Shown piece after piece: positions 39,467 to 44,298 of a stretch of DNA of 44,298 bases; positions within the stretch are counted from its first letter, which is position 1; every line of letters begins with the position of its first letter. The notes beneath the pieces were generated by a model. It was not told the DNA's origin. It saw nothing but the letters and a program-made list of their open reading frames with translations, and made no database searches. The DNA is taken from NCBI GenBank assembly GCA_963630045.1, contig CAVGLF010000001.1, positions 1 to 44,298 of the forward strand, given 5' to 3'. The position numbers were made by a program, and so were the translations under genes. Origin of the DNA: Butyricicoccaceae bacterium (GTDB taxonomy: Bacteria; Bacillota; Clostridia; Oscillospirales; QAMX01).

Positions 39467-39601
39467 ATGGGGTACTCCTTACAAATTATTCGAAAAATCG
39501 CGGGGGATTCCCCGCTTTCCCCCTTTCTGTGTCATGGGGGGGAAAGCGGGGACCGGGAGCCTCTTCACGGCGTCCCTTTTTTCCCCGCGGAATGCGTCTT
39601 T

Positions 39602-40789
39602 TCAGCCGAGCTCCCGCGCCGCTTCTCCGAGTATGCGGATGCCGCGGTCGATCTGCTCATAGGTGGACAGCGAGAAGTTCAGCCGGATGGCGGGCACCTT
39701 CGCCTCCGGATCGATGGCAAAGGCCGTACCGGGGACGGCGGCAACGCCGCGGGGTCCCGAGATCCTGCACAGATCCGTGCCGTCCCTGCCGCTCAGGATA
39801 TCGCACCACAGGAAGAGACCGCCCTGCGGCTTCTCGAAGTGCAGCGTATCCGCGCAGTACTTCTCCAGCGCGTCCGCCATGGCGTCGCGCTTTGAGGTAT
39901 AGATGGCGCGCACCCGCTCCAGATGCTCATCCAGGCTGTAGCGCGACAGATACTCCGCCGCGACCATCTGGAAGAACAGGTTCGTATGGACGTCCGAGAC
40001 CTGCTTTGTGACGACGAGCTTCGAGATGATCTCGCGGTTCGCGCTGACAAAGCCCAGACGGATGCCGGGGGTCAGCACCTTCGAGTAGCTGCCCGCATAG
40101 ATGACCATGCCGGTCGTATCCATGCTCTTGATGGTCGGAACGTACTCGCCGGAGTAGCGCAGCTCGTAATAGGGGTTGTCCTCGATGATCGGAACGTTGT
40201 AGCGGCACGCAAGCTCCAGGCAGCGGCGGCGCTTCTCCACGCTCATGACGCGTCCCGTCGGGTTCTGATACGTCGGGATGAGGTACATGAGCTTCACGTT
40301 CGGCGTCGTCCGAAGCGCCTCCTCCAGCGCCTTGACGTTGATGCCGTCGGGTTCCATCGGTACGCCGACGAGCTTCGCGCCGTAGGAGCGGAAGCAGTTG
40401 AGCGAGCCGATGAAGCTGGGATCCTCGACGATGATGCTGTCGCCCTCGTTGAGGAAGCATTTGGCGGTGAGGTCCATGACCTGCTGGCCGCCGGAGACGA
40501 TGATGAGGTCATCGTCCGGGGTGCCGATGCCGTACTTGTCGTGCAGGCGCGCCGCCGTCAGCTCGCGCAGAGGGGTATATCCCTCCGACACGCCGTACTG
40601 AAGCGCGGCCGCCGCGCGGTTGTCGAACAGCTCATCGGCGATCTCCTTCATCTCCCGCACGGGAAACGCCTCCGGCGCGGGATTGCCTGCGGCAAAGCTG
40701 ATGACGGACGGGTCCTGCGTCACCTTCAGAATCTCGCGGATGGCCGAGGGCTTCAGCCCGCCGATGCGCGTAGCAAAATTATAGCTCAT
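39602..40789 (-). CDS. PLP-dependent aminotransferase (class I/II fold; substrate not assignable)
   Basis: 395 aa. Lysine motif region YAGSYSKVLTPGIRLGF. The N-terminal pattern (IREILKV...ISFAAGNPAPE) resembles LysN/AadAT-like transaminases. Confidence 0.8.
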   Translation of the reverse strand: MSYNFATRIGGLKPSAIREILKVTQDPSVISFAAGNPAPEAFPVREMKEIADELFDNRAAAALQYGVSEGYTPLRELTAARLHDKYGIGTPDDDLIIVSGGQQVMDLTAKCFLNEGDSIIVEDPSFIGSLNCFRSYGAKLVGVPMEPDGINVKALEEALRTTPNVKLMYLIPTYQNPTGRVMSVEKRRRCLELACRYNVPIIEDNPYYELRYSGEYVPTIKSMDTTGMVIYAGSYSKVLTPGIRLGFVSANREIISKLVVTKQVSDVHTNLFFQMVAAEYLSRYSLDEHLERVRAIYTSKRDAMADALEKYCADTLHFEKPQGGLFLWCDILSGRDGTDLCRISGPRGVAAVPGTAFAIDPEAKVPAIRLNFSLSTYEQIDRGIRILGEAARELG

Positions 40790-40835
40790 ATGTGTTCCTT
40801 CTTTTTTTCACAAGACAAAAAACCGGGAGTATCGG

Positions 40836-41624
40836 TCAGATCATGAGGTTTCTCATGAAGCGGATCGTATAGTCGACGCCGCGCTGTCCGAGATCGCCCT
40901 GCCAGACGCCGGAATGCGGCTCGATGGAGAGCGCGCCGTCGTAGCCGTACTTATAGAGAATGGCCATCTCGGTCGGCCAGTTGATGGAATCCAGACCCGC
41001 AGGCGGCGCATCGAGGGTGTTGCCGTTGATTCTCACATAGCCCTTGACGTGGACGTGATAGATGCGGTTGCCCCACTCGGCCAGCTCGCCCAGGTAATCG
41101 CGGTCGGCCTCGATGCTGTGGGAGGCGTCGAACTTGATGCCCAGCTCCGGATACTCGCCCAGGACGATCTTCCACGCGTTGGCATCGATGACCCAGTTGT
41201 TCCAGTGGCAGTTATACGTCGCGACCTTCAGTCCCAGAGGACGCGCATGGTCGAGGATCTCGCCGAAGAAGTTGACGGTGGCGGAGTAATTCTTATAAAT
41301 GGACAGTCCGTCGACCCAGTTGCAGCCGCAGACATAGACCGGGCAGCCGAGGCTCGCCGCAGCGTCCATCGTCTTGAAGGCCTCGTCCAGCAGATGCGGA
41401 CGGATCTTGCCGTTCTCGTCCAGCGGGGAAGCGTTCCAGCGTCCGATGGAGGCAAACGGAATCCCCGCAGCCTTCGAGCGCTCGAGCAAAACGGGAGCCT
41501 TCTCGATGAATCCCTGCGCCTCGTTTTCGTAATTCAGGCACAGCTCCATGCAGTCCAGACCCTTTTCGCGCAGATAGTCGAACGCGTTCTCATCATCATA
41601 GCGGCGAATCATTCCAAGCTTCAT
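40836..41624 (-). CDS. Sugar phosphate isomerase/epimerase (xylose isomerase-like TIM barrel)
   Basis: 262 aa with patterns (CMELCL, HVHVKG, SIEPH) characteristic of the AP_endonuc_2/TIM-barrel family. Confidence 0.7.
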   Translation of the reverse strand: MKLGMIRRYDDENAFDYLREKGLDCMELCLNYENEAQGFIEKAPVLLERSKAAGIPFASIGRWNASPLDENGKIRPHLLDEAFKTMDAAASLGCPVYVCGCNWVDGLSIYKNYSATVNFFGEILDHARPLGLKVATYNCHWNNWVIDANAWKIVLGEYPELGIKFDASHSIEADRDYLGELAEWGNRIYHVHVKGYVRINGNTLDAPPAGLDSINWPTEMAILYKYGYDGALSIEPHSGVWQGDLGQRGVDYTIRFMRNLMI

Positions 41625-41846
41625 TTCGGGTATTCTCCTTATCCTTCTCTTATTTTTCAGGCGGGAATCTTTTCATTTTTCCCTCAGCGGGCATATGCCC
41701 GTAAGCTTACAGCTCAGTATACCACGTTGCGGCGCTTTCTTCAAGTAGGCAAATGGGCAAAAATGCGTTCCTTACGCCGTACATCCCCGAAAATGCTTTT
41801 TTCGCGGCTTTTTTCCCGGAAAGCCGTGGAAAAACGCGCGGAGGTA

Positions 41847-41855
41847 TGGTATACT
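41847..41855 (+). promoter_or_regulatory. Candidate extended -10 element for the alpha-galactosidase gene
   Basis: TGgTATACT at 41847-41855. The -35 region is only weakly TTGACA-like (TGGAAA). Confidence 0.35.
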
Positions 41856-41916
41856 GGCTCCGGCCCCTCTCTGTTTTTATCATGAGAAGGGTGCGCGGAA
41901 AGGATGATGCTTTGCC

Positions 41917-44064
41917 ATGACACATTACTGCGCCATGACGCCGACCGCAAAGGGCATGCGGTACATGTCGGGGCTTTTCGTATTCGACGAGCGCATCGTG
42001 CTCGGACAGCCCGTCATCGGCTATATGAATGCCGCAGGCCAGATCTGGAACGAGGCGTGGCTGTCGGATGAATACTACATCCCTTCGGAAACGCATCTCG
42101 AGGAGCCTGTATACCGCCCGAGCTTCCGTCTGTCCGCAAACGGCCGGGCGCTTGACTGCGGCTGGAGCGTATGCGGCGCGTCCTGCTCCGGGGACTCCGC
42201 CGTGCTCGAGCTGGAGCATGCCTCCGCGCCGGTTCGGGTCGCTCTCCTGACCCGCGCCGCGGGGGAGGGCTGGCTTGTGCGCTCCCTGCGGATTACGAAC
42301 ACGGGGGAGGAGTATCTCCCGCTGGATCGCGTCGATCCGCTTGCGGGCGCGCCGTGGATCCACAAGCTGACGAATATCGTGTCCTCCTACTCCGCGCAGG
42401 AGATTCTCCCCCGCCCCGGCGCTCCGTATTTCGAGGTCGGGTACTACGCGGACAACCGCTTCATGCACGAAGGCGACTTCCGCTTCGCGCCCGTCACGGC
42501 GGAGCCTCTGCTCATCGATTCCGGCATGCACGGACGCAGCGGCTGGTCAAGGCCGTCCATCGTCCTGAGGGACAACCTGAACGGCAGTCTCTTCTGCGCG
42601 GAGCTTGCCTACAGCGGAAGCTGGCGGGCACAGCTGCGCGCGGGGCGCATGCCGGAGCGCACCTTTGCGGATTTTTCCCTGGGGCTTGCCTGTCCCGCCG
42701 GGCAGTCGCTCCGCGTGCTGGCGCCGGGCGAGTCCGTCCTGACGCCCGAGGTTCACTTCACCCTCTGCGCCTCGGGTCCCGAGGCGCTCATGCAGTCCGA
42801 GCATCGCTACATCCGCTCCTGCATCATGCCGCAGGAGCCTCCCGAGCTTCGCTGTCCGGTGGAGGCCAATCATCGGGGATATCTGGCGGATCGTGAAAAC
42901 GAGGCAGACATCCTGCGGGACGTCGAGCTGGCCGCCGGGGCCGGCGTCGAGCTGTACGTCATCGATGCCGGCTGGTTCGGACGCGAGCCGAATGTCTGGT
43001 TCGACAACGCCGGAGACTGGCACGCCGGAGACTGGCTGCCGCATGATCTCGATCCCGTCATCGACCGGGTTCACGAAAAGGGCATGCGCTTCGGGCTCTG
43101 GGTCGAGCCGGAGGCGGCGGGCGCGAATTCCGCGCTTGCCCGGGCGCATCCCGAATGGATCATGCCGGACACCGCCCGGGGCCGCGCGCTCGATCTCTCG
43201 CTGCCCGATGCCGCGCGCTGGGTCGAGGCTCAGCTGGCCGACATCATCGGCCGCTACAGGCTCGACCTGTTCCGTCTCGACCACAACCACCGCATCGGAG
43301 CCGGAGCCGCACGTCTGCGGGGTCCCTTCCCCGAGAACAATCTCTGGCGCTATTATGACAGCCTCTACGCCATACTCGGCTCTCTGCGCCGCCGCTTCCC
43401 CCATGTCTCCTTCCAGAACAGCGCCGCGGGGGGCGGGAGGCTGGATTTCGGGATCCTGCGCTTCTTCCATCACGGCGAGATGAGCGACTGGATGCATACG
43501 CCCCGTGTCCAGCGGGTCTTCCGTGGCCTCTCCCTTACGCTTCCGCCGGAAACCCTCCTGCAGTGCTTCGGCATGGAGGTGGGCTACCAGGTCATGAAGG
43601 GCGATCTGCTCTTCCAGCTGCACTCCGTGCTCGGCTCCTCGTTCATCCTGCGCGGCATCGCGCCGCCGGAGGATGAACCGAATCCCCTCCTCCTGCAGGA
43701 AATCCGCCGGGTGGTCGCGCTCTACCGCTCAAAGCTGCGTCCCGTGCTCCGCTCGGGCTGTCTGATGCATCATCACACGCCTGTGCAGAAGGGCATCATG
43801 GATCCCGAGCCGTGGCTCGCCTACGAGCTCTCCGATCCCGAAAAGACCGCCGGATACGCGCTGATTTTCCGTCTGGGCGAGACTCCCTCCCCGCGCTTCA
43901 CCCTTCATCCGCAGCTTGTCCCCCGGAACGGCATCTGCCGCGTCACGCTGGATCGCGCGTGCGACTCCTTCGAGTGCAGGGGGCAGGAGCTCCGCGAGGC
44001 GGGCATCACCGTGACGCTCGACCACCACTTCTCCTCCGAGCTTGTGTACTGGGAGCTTCTCTGA
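41917..44064 (+). CDS. Glycoside hydrolase family 36 alpha-galactosidase-like enzyme
   Basis: 715 aa. Contains YVIDAGWF, GLWVEPE, the nucleophile region FRLDHN (compare KWDMN) and the acid/base region AAGGGRLDFG (compare GGGGRFD). The start is ambiguous among Met1, Met7, Met14 and Met17. Confidence 0.8.
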   Translation: MTHYCAMTPTAKGMRYMSGLFVFDERIVLGQPVIGYMNAAGQIWNEAWLSDEYYIPSETHLEEPVYRPSFRLSANGRALDCGWSVCGASCSGDSAVLELEHASAPVRVALLTRAAGEGWLVRSLRITNTGEEYLPLDRVDPLAGAPWIHKLTNIVSSYSAQEILPRPGAPYFEVGYYADNRFMHEGDFRFAPVTAEPLLIDSGMHGRSGWSRPSIVLRDNLNGSLFCAELAYSGSWRAQLRAGRMPERTFADFSLGLACPAGQSLRVLAPGESVLTPEVHFTLCASGPEALMQSEHRYIRSCIMPQEPPELRCPVEANHRGYLADRENEADILRDVELAAGAGVELYVIDAGWFGREPNVWFDNAGDWHAGDWLPHDLDPVIDRVHEKGMRFGLWVEPEAAGANSALARAHPEWIMPDTARGRALDLSLPDAARWVEAQLADIIGRYRLDLFRLDHNHRIGAGAARLRGPFPENNLWRYYDSLYAILGSLRRRFPHVSFQNSAAGGGRLDFGILRFFHHGEMSDWMHTPRVQRVFRGLSLTLPPETLLQCFGMEVGYQVMKGDLLFQLHSVLGSSFILRGIAPPEDEPNPLLLQEIRRVVALYRSKLRPVLRSGCLMHHHTPVQKGIMDPEPWLAYELSDPEKTAGYALIFRLGETPSPRFTLHPQLVPRNGICRVTLDRACDSFECRGQELREAGITVTLDHHFSSELVYWELL

Positions 44065-44110
44065 CGAGGGGCCTTCCTTACTTCCTTCCTTACTTCCTTT
44101 TTCTTTTGAA

Positions 44111-44153
44111 AATCCCGCCTCCTTTTTTTAAAAGAGGCGGGATTGATCTTTTT
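44111..44153 (+). terminator. Intrinsic terminator of the alpha-galactosidase gene
   Basis: AATCCCGCCTC (44111-44121) pairs with GAGGCGGGATT (44134-44144), followed by GATCTTTTT. Confidence 0.7.
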
Positions 44154-44159
44154 ATCCGG

Positions 44160-44298
44160 AGCGCTCGGGGGGGACTGCCGTGATGGCTCAAACCTTCTTT
44201 GTGGGGTCGGGGGGTGCCCCGAACCCCCTTGCTTTGATTTTTCTCTTCGCCGGGAGTGCCGTGTTTCGGGAGAGCTTTTGTGGGGTCGGGGAGTGCCC
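44160..44298 (+). repeat. Second locus of the hairpin-bearing intergenic repeat family (at least 1.5 units, truncated by the window end)
   Basis: GGGACTGCCGTGAT is the reverse complement of the ATCACGGCAGTCCC module at 5976-5989, 6068-6080 and 6158-6171. Hairpin GGGGTCGGGG-GGTG-CCCCGAACCCC, then T-rich sequence. A second unit begins GGGAGTGCCGTG...GGGGTCGGGGAGTGCCC. Confidence 0.8.

Noticed and set aside
39467-39601. T-box riboswitch or Trp-codon leader peptide upstream of trpS
   Set aside because: The spacer is only 135 nt. It has no specifier-loop/T-box (AGGGTGGNACCGCG-like) sequence, and the short ORF present has no Trp codons.
44074-44097. Perfect 12-bp tandem duplication TTCCTTACTTCC x2 after the alpha-galactosidase stop
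   Set aside because: It has two copies only and lies in a pyrimidine-rich spacer before the terminator. This is most simply replication slippage, with no evident function.

Overview
High-GC chromosomal core segment from a Firmicutes/Clostridia-like bacterium. That placement is an inference from AddAB, MutS2, YqeG, YitT, KtrAB and the era-recO order. I support 32 protein genes. They include a complete F-type ATP synthase operon (atpB-E-F-[H'-A]-G-D-C, minus strand), ktrAB, addBA and the era-recO-mutS2 cluster. A type-A RNase P RNA (rnpB) lies on the minus strand at about 24976-25388, with a consensus sigma-70 promoter upstream. Other genes are a GH36 alpha-galactosidase, pfkA, nth, trpS, ddh, a phosphohexomutase and a TetM-like GTPase. 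I see no transposase, integrase, CRISPR array or recognisable defence or toxin module, and no convincing novel multi-gene system. The most unusual coding feature is in the ATP synthase operon. There is no stand-alone delta gene; a delta C-terminal-domain-like segment is fused in frame to alpha, with an internal SD+ATG exactly at the junction. The c subunit also carries a signal-peptide-like N-terminal extension and a Q...ET...Y ion-site pattern. The most unusual non-coding feature is a roughly 90-bp hairpin-bearing repeat family. It is tandemly arrayed at 5770-6185 and present again at the window end (44160-44298). Many long ORFs in the supplied track are antisense or out-of-frame artefacts typical of GC-rich DNA and were rejected.
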